A DNA stretch of 63,857 nucleotides, filler included, from Conidiobolus incongruus B7586 (taxonomy: Eukaryota): assembly GCA_000697335.1 (NCBI GenBank). It is 5 parts of 5 records of this genome, joined end to end, with 100 filler letters (N's around TTAATTAATTAA, not from the genome) between each part and the next. Parts side by side here need not be neighbours in the genome. Positions count along the whole stretch, not along the records: positions 1 to 15,353 come from JNEM01006120.1; positions 15,454 to 42,398 come from JNEM01006121.1; 3 more parts are not named here. One strand, 5' to 3'. The translations under genes and the position numbers were made by a program. The notes below the pieces were generated by a model. It was given only the letters and a program-made list of their open reading frames with translations. It did no database searches and was not told the DNA's origin. Shown here piece by piece: positions 12,650 through 25,919 of the stretch (position 1 is the stretch's first letter; each line of letters opens with the position of its first letter).

Positions 12650-13387
12650 ATGAAATTCATCTTCGGAGCTACTTCATTAATTGCTTTGTTGGGATCTATT
12701 CAAGCCCATTCTAACATGCACACACCTCAAACCCGAGGAAACACAGAGTTCTGGGGATACTGCTCCCGCGGATGGGGTTGCCAAGGTGCTTGCGAAGCTC
12801 CTAAGGATCAATCCCCATTTAATAACGCTTGGTACTCTAAAACCACTGTTAAACGTGGCCAACAAATTGATGTAACCTGGTTGAGACAGAATCATCCTGG
12901 TGGTTTCGTTAGATTGGCTATGGTTCCCTTTGATCAATCCGATGATTCTAGTGCTTTTGATCATAATGTCGTCAAGTATGTATGTTATGAAACCAACTGT
13001 CAAGAATCCTCTCATGATGATGCTCTTGGTCCCTTAAATGGACCTGGATCCACACCCTGTTCTACCAAACTTACCATTCCAGATTTCCTTCCTGATGGTC
13101 CAGTTACTCTTCAATGGATGTGGTACGGTGGTGGTGTTCTCTTTGCTGATCAAGATGCTTCCTTTGCTCAATATGTTTCTTGCTCTGATATGGTAGTTGA
13201 AGGCGGTAATGATTATAACCCCAATCACCCTAAGCCCACGTTCCAAGGAGGTGACGTTGCCAACCCTGGTGCTAACGTCTGCCGTTACTGGTCTACTACA
13301 TCTGTACATCAATGCAAAGATGGTGCTGAAACCAAAGACTCTTGTGGCTATGGACCTTCTAAGAATGGTGTACCTTCTGATTGGTAA
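12650..13387 (+). CDS. Secreted LPMO-like (histidine-brace) copper protein, intronless
   Basis: Signal peptide MKFIFGATSLIALLGSIQA is followed directly by His (HSNMHTPQTRG). Second His in NHPGG, then TLQWMW and YVSCSD motifs; multiple Cys. Confidence 0.75.
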   Translation: MKFIFGATSLIALLGSIQAHSNMHTPQTRGNTEFWGYCSRGWGCQGACEAPKDQSPFNNAWYSKTTVKRGQQIDVTWLRQNHPGGFVRLAMVPFDQSDDSSAFDHNVVKYVCYETNCQESSHDDALGPLNGPGSTPCSTKLTIPDFLPDGPVTLQWMWYGGGVLFADQDASFAQYVSCSDMVVEGGNDYNPNHPKPTFQGGDVANPGANVCRYWSTTSVHQCKDGAETKDSCGYGPSKNGVPSDW

Positions 13388-14222
13388 TTTTTTATCGAAC
13401 CTAACATTTAATTTATTTAATTAATATTAAAGTTTTCATATGCTCTTTTTTTAATTTAATAAAAATCAAAATATCATATCATGGTAGGAGAAAAATATTT
13501 AATATTAAGTATGAATGTTTATTTTTCAATTCTTTAATAATAAAACTGATTTTTCAGTATATTTATTTAATATAGCTTAAATCAATATCCGGACGTAACC
13601 AATGACAATTGATCAGTCAATGATATCTATTTAATATAATTTTGAATGCAATTCTAATACCATTTTGATGTCTCTTATCAAATGTTTTTTATGATAATCA
13701 ATCATATTTAAAATTAATTTTAATCTGATTAATTTTATGAAATTTTTTATCAAAAAATTTTAATGTTAATCGGGGTAAATTTTGATGTCATATAAAACAA
13801 AATATTTATTTCAAATACAACTATAATTAAATATAACCATTTCATATATTATATTATAATGTATAAAAGAAGACTATTTATTCTTGTATTCTCTACGATT
13901 TCTGGATAGCTGTTATCTATTATCTCAAATGTTGCTCTATTTTCAAGAAAATTGTTAATATATTGATTTAATAAATATTCTAAAAGAAAATTGATTGTTA
14001 AAATTATCAAAATTTTAATAGTACAAAAGATATTTTCTCTTTATTATAAAGTGTATATTAAAAGAAATTAAAAATATTTATGATTTAAAGATTGATATAA
14101 ATTTTGAATTAGATAAAAAACCAGTCTCTAAAAACCCATAAATTAATACTGAATAAAAAATTATTCAAATTCAAATACCAAGTCATGGCTACCTTATAAT
14201 AAAATTATATTAAATTGTGTAA

Positions 14223-15353
14223 ATGAGATCTCAAAATTCAAGATCCAACTACGTTGGAAATTCTAATCACAGATATAATAATAATGAAAATAGTCAGCAT
14301 CAGCCATCTCAAGACGCTCACTCAGTTATTTTAGTAACAGCTGGTTATGACCATGTGATTCGATTTTGGGAAGCTTTAAGTGGTGTTTCTTCAAGAACTA
14401 TTCAATTTCCTGACTCTGTAATATTCATTAATATACATTTACTTTTTATTTGATCTTTACTTATCTTCTACAAATTTTTAGCAAGTGAATACATTATGCA
14501 TTTCACCTGATAAAAGATATTTAGCAGTTGGAGGTAATTAATCATATATCAATATTTTTTGTATTTAGCATAGAAACTAAATCTAATTAGGTCACCAGAG
14601 TGTTAAATTGTATGATATTAGATCTCTGAATCCCAACCACGTATGGTATTAAAGTATAATATACACTAATATTAATATTAATTAAATCACAGGTGGTTGC
14701 TTATGATGGTCATCGAAATAACGTCACTTCAATTGGTTTTCATATGGAAGGTAGATGGATGGTAACTAGTAGTGAAGATAAGACAATTAAAATATGGGAT
14801 CCAAGGTATCATCTCATTAATTTTTCAATTATTAATTTTGTATTAAATATCATAAATTTCAAATTATTTAGAACACCAACTGTCCAAAGAACATATACCC
14901 ACCAAGCTCCTGTAAACGATGTTTGCATCCACCCTAATCAAGGGGAACTAATTGCTGGTGATCAATCTGGTATAGTAAAAATTTGGAATATTATGGAGAA
15001 TAGCTCTACTCAAGAATTGGTAAATTATCAATATCGATGGTTTGTTAAATATATATTCATATATTAATTAGGTTACTGAAGGTGAAAAATCCATACAGTC
15101 AGTATCTATGGCTTCCAAAGGAAATATCTTAGTTGCAGGAGCTTCCAATGGTACCTGCTACTCTTGGAATCTACACCATCCAGAAAATCAACCAACCAGC
15201 TTTGTCGCACATTCAAAATACTTAACCAAATGTTTAATCAGTCCCAATAGCCAAATCTTAGCAACTTGTTCAGCTGATGCAACCATTAAATTGTGGAATA
15301 TTAGAGATCAAGCCTTTACTCTGAATAAAACGCTGATAGGGCATACCAAATGG
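14223..15353 (+). CDS. LST8: TOR complex subunit Lst8 (WD40), multi-exon, 3'-truncated by assembly gap
   Basis: [74 protein letters not shown]. Confidence 0.95.
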
Positions 15354-15453
15354 NNNNNNNNNNNNNNNNNNNNNNNNNNNNNNNNNNNNNNNNNNNNTTA
15401 ATTAATTAANNNNNNNNNNNNNNNNNNNNNNNNNNNNNNNNNNNNNNNNNNNN
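15354..15453. other. Artificial contig-join spacer (44 N + TTAATTAATTAA + 44 N)
   Basis: Identical 100-nt structure occurs four times; the core has stop codons in all six frames. Confidence 0.97.
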
Positions 15454-16224
15454 ATTTTATTATTATTTAATTCATTATCATATCTCTATCTTATTAGTCT
15501 ATATATATTTTCCTTTTATATCAGTTTATCTATAATTTATCTTTTATCCTAAAATAAAAAAATATAACAAGGATCTATTTATCAAATATAATCTATCTAT
15601 TTTATTATCCATTTACCTATTTAATTAGAGGAAATTAACTTTAAGATTTTATCAAAAACTTTTAACAAAACTTTATATAACTATATTCTAATCCTATAAC
15701 TTATCAATATTCCAATTTGATTTAATATAATTCTGCTAGTTTTTAATATTAAAATTAATTATTAATAATGAATAATAATCATATTATTATTTAATTATAA
15801 TAATTCAAATTATAAAATAATGATTTATTTTTTAAAATAATAAATAGCTTAGTTAAATAATTGATATTAATTATTAATTATATTATATCAATAAAATTAA
15901 TTAATATATATAATCAAATTAGTAAAATAATTATATATAATAAAATATATATAGTTATTTTTGATCATTATTATTTCCAAAAAAGGATATAAAATTGGTT
16001 ATTCAAAAAATAATAATTAATAAATTATATATTTAATATTTACAAAATAATAATATAATAATAGATTTAAAATAAAATAATTGAATTGATATTTCGAATA
16101 TAAGATTGAAGAATTTATTTGATTAAAAGCTGGAAAAAAATAATATGAAATAGAATAAAAGTAAGAAAAAATAAAATGAAAAATTGAGTATTATAAAAAT
16201 TAAATGTATAAAAGTGAACAAATA

Positions 16225-16296
16225 AGCTCTGCCTGAGAATCGAACTCAGATCGCAGGATTCAAAGTCCTGAGTGCTAACCATTACACCAGCGGAGC
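16225..16296 (-). tRNA. tRNA-Gln (TTG)
   Basis: Reverse complement GCTCCGCTGGTGTAATGGTTAGCACTCAGGACTTTGAATCCTGCGATCTGAGTTCGATTCTCAGGCAGAGCT folds as a cloverleaf with anticodon TTG. Confidence 0.9.
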
Positions 16297-16904
16297 TTAA
16301 AAATTATTTATTTGTTTAATTATATTGATTTTATTTTTCAATCATTAATTCTTAATATTATTTTTCTTGGAATTATAAGATTTTTTATTCAGTATATGCT
16401 CTCATTAACACTTTCATAAATTTTTAATTTTTTTCATCTTTCCTAATTATTAATTCTCTCATATATCAATTTTCTTTTATGTTTTAAAATCTCATCAATT
16501 TTTATATTTAAAATTGATCTTAATTTTGTTTGCAATACTTGATAATCAAAGCCTATTAAATAATAATAATAAATATGAGTGTTTTTGACTGAAGATACTC
16601 TAACTAATCATAATTAAATCTGTAAATTTTAATAAAATTTTAATTTTTGATAAAAAAGTTATTGACTAATTTTTAAATATTATAAAATATTTGAAAATTT
16701 TAAATATTAATAATAATAAAAATAATAATAATAAATTGAAGGATTGAAAAAAATTTAGATTGAATATTGTAATTAATTAAATATATTAATTAAGTTTTAT
16801 ACAATTAATGATTGGCATTTGAAAACATTTTAAACGATTTGAAAATATTATATATATGTACTAGAAAATGACCTATCTACAAGTGGGGATTAGATATATA
16901 TCAT

Positions 16905-18133
16905 TTACAAACTGGGAGACAACAAGGGTTGAGTCTTGCGGTGAGTGGCATTCACAGTGGATTGAGCGTCCAAACCAGTAAGTAACTTCTGAGGGGGCAA
17001 TCCTTCGTAACAGATCTGATAAACTCTGGTGAAGAGGGGGAATTCGGAGTTGAGATTTTGTCCCTTTAAGAAATCGTAAACTTCTTGACTGGTTAAAGTG
17101 CCTTGGAGTTTTTGGCCGTTGAGCATTTCCTTCTCGAGCTCTTCGAAACTCTTGCCAGTGACAACATGAGCTTCGGCAACCTTTCTGTTCCTACCACCGG
17201 AGCATGTGGTGATCAAGTCGGCAACGCCGCAGGATTCGAAGAAGGTTTCATTTTGGACGCCTTTCAAGAACATTTTGGCGAATTTCATCATTTCAGCTAA
17301 ACCAATGCGGATGATGGCAGCTTTGGTATTATCACCAAGTTTCAAACCGTCAACAATACCAGCGGCAATGGCAACAACGTTCTTAAGAGCACCGCAGATC
17401 TCGACACCCTCGACGTCAGGAACGATATTGACGAGGAAGTAGGGAGTGTGGAAGATTTTGGCAAATAATTCACCAGAAGCTCTGGATCTGTAGCCAATAG
17501 TGGTTTCACAGAATTTTTCTAAAGCGACCTCGTTAGAGATGTTAGCTCCGGACAAGACGCTAACTTCAACACCGAGGTTGGAGGAAATGTACTCGGATGT
17601 GAGCTTAATACCGTTGACATCAACTTGAACACCTTTGATCAAGGAGATAGCTCTGGCGTTGGGAGAGATGTGACCTTTGAGTTGATTACAGCAGTTTTTG
17701 ATGAACTAGAAAATTCTAGGTTAACCAACAGTTTAAAATATCTGAATAATGAATATTTACCTGATGTGGAACGACAAAAACGAGTAAAGTAGCATCCTTA
17801 GCAGCTTCCTTAAGATCGGGAACAGCTACAACATTTTCGGGGAGCTTGATACCGGGCAAGTATTTGACATTTTCATGCTTAGTATTGATGATATTGGTCA
17901 ACTTTTCACCATTGATCATTTCTTCGTAAACCCACATATTCACCTTGGGTTCGAAGTCGGTATATTTTAAAACGTTAAAACCAATAATTTTAGCAATAGC
18001 GGAACCCCTAATACATCATATTAGTTTTTATATTTATTTGAGGTGATCAATTCACTTACCAATTACCGGAGCCGACAATACAAACCTTTTGCTTTTGAAT
18101 ATTAGAGGTAGCTTGAGTACTGAAGTAAGTCAT
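16905..18133 (-). CDS. GPD1: NAD-dependent glycerol-3-phosphate dehydrogenase, paralog A (3 exons)
   Basis: [68 protein letters not shown] at 18133. Confidence 0.95.
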
Positions 18134-20086
18134 ATTATATGTATGAATATTTTTTAAGTAGATATTGATTCTTATTAAATAAATTAAAATGATAATTATG
18201 AAATCTATTGAGCTTCGTCATACGGTATTTATATCCAACATAATTGAGGATGGAAACAATTTTCGGCATTGTGAGAGAATTGTGATCAGAAAGAGCAATT
18301 CAATGTAATCAGTGTTAGATAGTTGGTCTAATCCAATTGTTGAGGTGACACCAATTGCTTTTCTAATCTTACATTGTTTCCCTCAATAATGGAGGTATTC
18401 AATTGGCCATTTTCGATTTAATTCACGTGGATTTGAAATCGAGAAATAGATAAATTAAAATATGAACTAAATATTTATCAGATATTTTTAGGTGTAATTT
18501 ATTCTCTAAGTAACTTATGCTCAACAAATCGTTGTAAGCTTGATATTTTTAATCAATTGCAATTTAGGCAATTCACTATCACTTGACAATAATCCCGATA
18601 CAATTGTGCTCTATTTTTATATTTCATTTAATCAGTTTAACTTGACTGTAGCGCCACTCTAGTAAGACTCGATTCAATAAATATTATGGTTTAATACAAA
18701 ATTAATACTATGCAAATGCTCTAATAATTCTCAGATCCGATATATCTTCGTCAAATCAATATTTCCAATCATTTAGGAAATCCCTCATATCTAGGTGGCG
18801 GTCAATATATGATTAAAAATTAATATCAACTTATCTAATACTATAAACAGATTGTGATCAAGTATCATTCCAAATCATCAAACTGGAACAATTATTAATC
18901 TTTGAGCAAAAGTATTTACCAGTTGCTTGTAAATACATATCTTACAAAATCCATTAATTTTCATATGATTTGTAATGATATTTTCCAAATCTATTAAATT
19001 TTTTTATTACGCTAATTCCAAAAATTACATAATTTAAAGTTTTTCTCTTTAATCAAATGTCAATAATTACTATCATATGAAAATTAATGAAAAATCTACA
19101 TAGATTCCAATATTAAATCATGATATAATTCTACCACTAATTTCTCAGTGGAACTTTTTTAAAAACTGCGTATTATTAAAGACATTTTCGGGATTCAATA
19201 AAATTTGGTAACAATTTAATTCAAGTGTGGTATAATTGGAAGCGAATGGATCCGAAATTATTTGGTTACTATAGGGTTTTAGTCTGTTTGGATTTAATTG
19301 GCTTGGGTATTTGATATTTTAGCTGTTTTCATATGATAATGAATCGTTAGATTTATATTAGTTTAATGTCCTAATATATGGATTTTTGTCCAATGGTTGT
19401 AATTTTAAAGTTGATGATTTTTTTCAAAATTTTATTTACTTTTTAGGTATTAAAATCACTATGAACAACACTATAAAAAGCATTCAACTAAAATTATATA
19501 AAGAAAATGATTGATTGCTTTTTAGTGAATATGATTGAATATTGCTAATTATATAATAATCATTTTTGCAACTAAGATTAAAAATGAACTTAGTGTTAAT
19601 TTCAATTGAAATATTGATTTATAAGTTTAAATATACCATAACAATGAATTCAATAATTATCAAATCTGATCATCTATTGAGTAGAAATTAAAATTTGAAA
19701 TTTTAATATTAAAAAGATGATGAAATAGAGATTAATATGGATTAATAATGTTGCAATAATATTTCAAATTATTAATAAAAAAATTAACAATAAAATAGTA
19801 TATTGTATTCAAAAGAATTTGATTGAAAAGACGTATAGATTGTTTATTGTGAAATTTATATTAATGAATATTTTAAAAAAAGATTAGGGAAATTAAAAAA
19901 AAAGAATGAATATAGATAAGAGAAATGAAATATTAATAGGTGTAGATTAGGAAAAATTGCTAAATTTAAAAAACTCTTAGAAATGATTAAAATTATATAA
20001 ATGGTTAATAAAATATATATTTAGTGAGAAAATTAGGTAAGATGAATCAATTTCATTTACAATTTAATTTTGATTAACTTAATTAA

Positions 20087-20158
20087 TCTTCGGTAGTATA
20101 GTGGTGAGTATACCCGCCTGTCACGCGGGTGACCCGGGTTCAATTCCCGGCCGGAGAG
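20087..20158 (+). tRNA. tRNA-Asp (GTC)
   Basis: TCTTCGGTAGTATAGTGGTGAGTATACCCGCCTGTCACGCGGGTGACCCGGGTTCAATTCCCGGCCGGAGAG; full cloverleaf. Confidence 0.97.
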
Positions 20159-21106
20159 TATTTAACTTTGTTTTCATTTTTAAACTTTGTAATCATTATA
20201 TTAAATTTTTAAATGTGTTAATATATATCAAGATAATAAAATAATATGGAATTATTTTTGATCTTAATATGATGAAATAAAGATTTAAATTACTCTAATG
20301 TATTATATCATATATATGGTCTCTCAATTATATTATATCATATTACATTATTGATATTTATTTTGAAGCGGGATTAAATATCAAACATTGTCAAAAAAGT
20401 AAACATTATACTAAAATGATTTTGATATATTTTCTTACTATCAATTTCATTTTTTGAAAGATTTTTAGTGTATTACAAAAATATCAAATTTAAAGTTGGA
20501 AACCTATTAAGGATATAAAGTGACAAAATTTGGGAATGAAACTATAATTGAATCGGACAATTTTCTTTAATAAAGGTAGTTTTTTTTCTATTAAAAATAT
20601 TTTTATTAAAACATTAATTTTGATCTGATTTTAAAATATAACAAAATATGTTTTGATTCACAAATTTTATAAAGTTATATATTTTTTGAAATTTGGAATT
20701 ATTATTTATATATTATACATTGCCTTTTTTTAAAATAAACTATTCTCAGAAAAATTATATCTTACATCAATATTATTTCCTAAATTAAATCAATCACGAA
20801 CTTTAGAATTTAATCCCTTAAAAATCTAAAAATCCAAAAAGTTCTCAATCTCCTATTAAGCACGTCATATCGTCCAACTTCTCTCAAAAATGAACCATTT
20901 GGACAATCTTAACTAACAATCCACCGGCTTAAGAATCAAGCCCCAAATAAGTTGACCAATAAGTGGTAATTGTCAAAGCCATTTTAATTTAACCAAATCA
21001 GATGGGATAGGGGGATTTTGCCACCAGTATTTAAATACTGGATATTGGAAAAGGACTGCTAAATCATATCATCGCAACAAAAAAGATTTACTAATTAATA
21101 ATAATA

Positions 21107-22637
21107 ATGACATTAACGAAGAAGTGTTCAAGTTGCGAAAGCGATAATTTAATAAGTGATGACGTAGATACTCATCAATTAATTTGTGGGGATTGTGGTC
21201 TGGTAAGAAATAATCATAAAAATATCAGATCAAATAATTGAATATTTGAATTAGGTATTAGAAAACTTAGAAATTGTCCATAATCTAGAATTTCAAGAGA
21301 CTTCGGTAGGTGGTAAAGTTGTACAGGGAGTTGAGGTCGGTAGAGATCAGAGTAAATTTTTTCGAGTTTAAATTTTGTTGGTAATTAATATTTAATTAGC
21401 GTATTCGTCAATAACATATACGAAAAATCGTAGAGGGATGTATTCCAACGGAGACCAAACCAACCAACAAGGTAACTAACATCCAATTCATACTAACATT
21501 CATTAACATTCCACAGCCAAATCTCTAGTTCAAAACCTTATCCACACACTCAATCTACCAGCATACTTTCAAGATCAAATCCACAACGTTATAAAACTTA
21601 TAAAACTTAAAAATTTCTTCAGAGGTCGCAGTTTGAATCTAATCGTTGCGGGTGCTACCTACTTCGTAGTGAGGCAAAATGCTTACGACTGTCTATTGTT
21701 GGATTTGGGACATGTTCTTCAGGTAATTGATAACATATGACGATGATATTAAGCTATTAATTGGGTAATTTAGGTTGACGTCTTCAAACTCGGTCGCTAT
21801 TATGTCCAAATATCGGAATTACTACTGATCAAACCGAAACCTATCGACCCTTCTTGGTACATTGTCAGATTCGCCACCAATTTCGGACTCGGCGCCAAGA
21901 CTTTTAACGTTGTGAAAGATGCTACTAGACTGGTACAGAGAATGAGGTATGACTACCTCGAATTCGGCAGACGGCCCGCTGGAATTTCGGGTGCATGTCT
22001 CCTACTAGCTGCCAGGATGAATCATTTCCAGAGGAGTGTGGAAGACGCTGCCAGCCTGGTTAAAGTTGCACCCATTACGATTAAAAGGAGATTGAGGGAA
22101 TTTGCGATGACTGGAAGTTCGGAATTGACAGTGGACGAATTTAGGGAGTTTTGGATTCCCAAAAGCGATTTACCCCCAAGTTTCCATATTGATATTAAGG
22201 AAGCCAAAATGTTGCCGTCGCCGTCCCCATCGGCTGAAGGTAGTTGTATTGGGACGAACTCGTCTCCCGTTTTGGAAGCTATTCAGCCAATTGAAGCCAT
22301 TTCAACACCTCTCAATTTATCCCAAGATGACGACGCTCTATCCGACAGTGAACTCGACAAAGATCTCGTGAACTACATACTAACACCTAGCGAAGTCCAA
22401 ATCAAAACAGAGATATGGGAACGCGAAAACGAGCAATTTTACCAAACTCAGCAACTTAGGCTTTCGCAGCGTAAAACCTCAAATAAAACGGTATCGAGGC
22501 GGATCAGGGATTACAACTACGGATTGGAGAGTGCTGAATTGAGTATAGAAAAGATATTGAAGACTAAAAATTTGCCTAAGAATGTTGAAAAATATTTTGG
22601 AGATGGATTAAAGATCAAAGAATTATTTAAGAGTTAA
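21107..22637 (+). CDS. BRF1: TFIIIB subunit Brf1-like (multi-exon)
   Basis: N-terminal zinc ribbon (CSSC...CGDCG), cyclin repeats (IDPSWYIVRFA, RLVQRM...GRRPAGISGACLLLAARMNHFQRS), C-terminal TBP-binding block (ILTPSEVQIKTEIWERENE). Confidence 0.88.
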
Positions 22638-22787
22638 TTTATATACATTATATAATGATTATAATACAATAAAATATTCATGAAATATTAAAACAGTTAA
22701 TTGAATGCTAGGAATTTTGATGAAAAAAATTCACAATAATTTTAAAAAATAATAATAATATTTTTAATTTATTACAACAAACCTCAT

Positions 22788-23952
22788 TTAATCCAATTCG
22801 CTAGAACCCTGCAAATTTAAATTGCCAGACCCTCCCATGAGGGGACCGGGACTGAAGAGGCCAGACATCAAACTCTGTAACAAATTAGGCTGACGATACA
22901 CTTGAATACCAAAATACAACTCCCCAATCTTTTCAAAGCTGTCGTAAAGTTCCAAAGCTTTCAAATTACTTTGGAATTCCGACTGTAGTTGCTTATAAAG
23001 GTCTGAGCTTGGAGCCTTTTCGAGAAGTTTGACAATGAGTTGGCTTAAGTTGATTAATTTGTCAGTTGTGAGATTAAAGCCACCATTGGATGATTTGAAT
23101 AACTCGGAGTGACTATCCTTCAATAATTTTAAGTACTCGTCGCTGAATTTTTGGGCGTATTCGACTTGACCCAATTCCAACAACTGTAAAATTTCTCGCG
23201 TCATAAAATATCCAAAATCTCTGGGCTGTGTGGAAATACACCACGTGTAAACCATCTTTGCGAAGTTAGGGGAGTAATTATCGCCGATAACTAGGTAAGA
23301 ACTCTCGCTGAGCTTAAAATCACCCTCTAAAACAATTAATAAATGTAAAAATTTTAAGTATTTGATAATTACCTTTATCGTAAAGATGAGCTAAAAATTC
23401 ATGAAAAGGTAAGTAGCCCTCTTGATGACTGCCTTTTTGATTGGTCCAACTACAGCAATCAATAACATATTAAAATAATCAACGAATCAATTTACCTAAT
23501 TATTTGATCAATAATCTGCTGTCTAGTTAACTCGCCCTGAGGGAATTTACTAATAATATTTATCAAGTTATCTACACTCCCTCCAATTAATTGCACAATT
23601 ATTCTAAATTATTACAAATATTTACCTATGGAATCTTTACTCACTTCGGTACCTTGTAACTCGTGAACTTTTAACAAGTATAGGGTTAAATCCGTAACAC
23701 TAGACCACTGTTTATACTTTAATAATTCATTTATTCCAGTATTCAAAAACTCAACAGCTTGATTATAATCTTTCTGAGTCAAAGCCCTAAATAAATTAAT
23801 AAAAAGTTTAATATGTATAGAAATATTTACCTATTGACAAGAGTTCGAACAATTTGGTGAGATTGATAATAGTCTTCGGCCTTTAAACTCAATTCTAACT
23901 TTTTTAAAGTTTTTTGTTGTAATATAGATTTTTTGGATGGACGGGAACTCAT
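22788..23952 (-). CDS. GET4: Golgi-to-ER traffic protein Get4 (multi-exon)
   Basis: N-terminal EDYYQSHQIVRTLVNR and C-terminal KIGELYFGIQVYRQPNLLQSLMSGLF; ATG at 23952. Confidence 0.85.
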
Positions 23953-25919
23953 TTCCAAAGAACTAAATTCAATTGAATAAATTTTTAATTTAATATATAT
24001 GTATAGATTTACTTGGTTTAATTATTAATTTTATATTGGGTTAGAATTGGATTATTCAGTGGATTTATGGAATTTTTGGACTGGGAATTAATAGAAATAT
24101 AAATTGATTTATTAAATTTTTAAGTTTTATGGGATAATTGGGACGACATCATAAATTATATTTCCAGGTTTTTTATTTTGGATTTTTAATTTGAGTTAAT
24201 ATTAAAATAAATTTATTGATCATTGAACTATATATTTATATATTGAATTTAATACAATTTAAATTAACAAACTAGTAAAATGTGCTTAAAATATGTCATC
24301 AAATACTTTAGTTTCATTACTTTTAATGATTTAATCAATATTGATGGGAAATAATCTTGTCAATCACTCAAGAAACTGTGATTATCACACTGAATCTAGA
24401 AGTCACATTGGAGAACACCCATTTCCTGAACTGGGTGGTTTTGTTCTTTTCTGTCACTGAGTCATTCCTATCCTTAAAAACCAGCAATGAAAGCTAATAC
24501 AAGATTATCAAGTATGAACTAATAAACATATCTCTTTTATCTTCATTTCAAAAGTATCCAGTCTCTAAGTTTTTCTCATAACCCTCACAAAAGTTTTGAG
24601 TTGTGATGATTGTGAGATATTTACTTTACACAAAGAACCCAATTTACAGCAAGCCATTTTCACCTCATTTGGTGAACCCCATTAATTTCTCTTAGCTCTG
24701 TGGTAACCTGTTGTTTACCACTGGCGATTCCCCGTTTAAGCTCTAAAAGTCTATCTCCTCCCACAATTATGGACGTCAATATTTAACAATCTTGTACGCG
24801 ACAAATTTGATAAAATTAATTCAAATTTATTAAATTACTTAAATTTGATTCAAAAGTGAAAATATATTTTTGCAAAGAAAATTGTTCAGAAATATAAATC
24901 ATAAATTAGATCATTGATTATTGGAGCAAAATTCACATCAGTAAAATCAATATCATATTCTAAAATTATAATGTATTATTTAAAAAAATAATTATCAAAT
25001 ATTAAGATGATTTAATAGCATTTAACAATGGCTGAAATTATAAATGTTATTTTTACTACTGTGTTGATTAGAGCTTGGTGTATTTTGCCTGATTTTAATT
25101 GTTATCTACAATTATTTAAATTTTCTTAAATATTCAATTATACACCAAAATATAATAATTTTATATTAGAAATGGTTCAATCGATATTATTATTTTGATT
25201 ATTAGTATATTGGTCAGTGAGTAGTATAAATAAATTTAAACATATTAAATTTTAAAGTTAAGCGAAAATGTTTTGAATAAATTTCATTATTTCTAATTAA
25301 TAAATCATATGTGGGATAATTACATCATTATTGAAAATTTGCTTAAGTAGGAGACCTTAAAAAGTCGAATCAAGGAAATTGTACGAAGTTTTAACTAACA
25401 GAATTGTAAATAATTTTAAGCTAATAATGACTTAAATTTATATCATAAAGTTAGAATCATTAATTCAAATTATTTTTATCTTTTAAATCTTATAAATTCA
25501 CTCACTTTGCAATTATTTATTTTTAAAATAAATTTTTTTTTCGGATATTTATAACCTATAAAAATCATTTTCAACTTTTTTCAAGTCCAAAAATCCTAAT
25601 ATAAAAATCCTATTCAGGATAGAGTGGCTTAATTACTTTTTTGTAATCTTATCTATCTAATAATCTCTATCATATAACATGTGGACAAATTCTCAATATT
25701 TTTCATAAACTAATAAATTCTTATTTGTCACAGTCCCAAATAACTATCACCAATAATCATGCCATTAAAATGTTGATATGAATATGAAATCATAATGGAT
25801 GGAATGATGACTATAAAAATCATTCAATAGTCCATAAAATCTATTACTTAATAAAAAAAATATCTTTTTAATCATAATATAAATACTAAATTTTTATAAA
25901 TATAAATTTAAAAAGAACT

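Noticed and set aside
15398..15409. TTAATTAATTAA repeated four times as a biological repeat
   Set aside because: Always centred in 44+44 N; it is an assembly linker.
21017..21025. PACE/Rpn4 site (reverse complement GGTGGCAAA) upstream of BRF1
   Set aside because: Not seen upstream of the proteasome gene PRE4, where it would be expected; likely chance.
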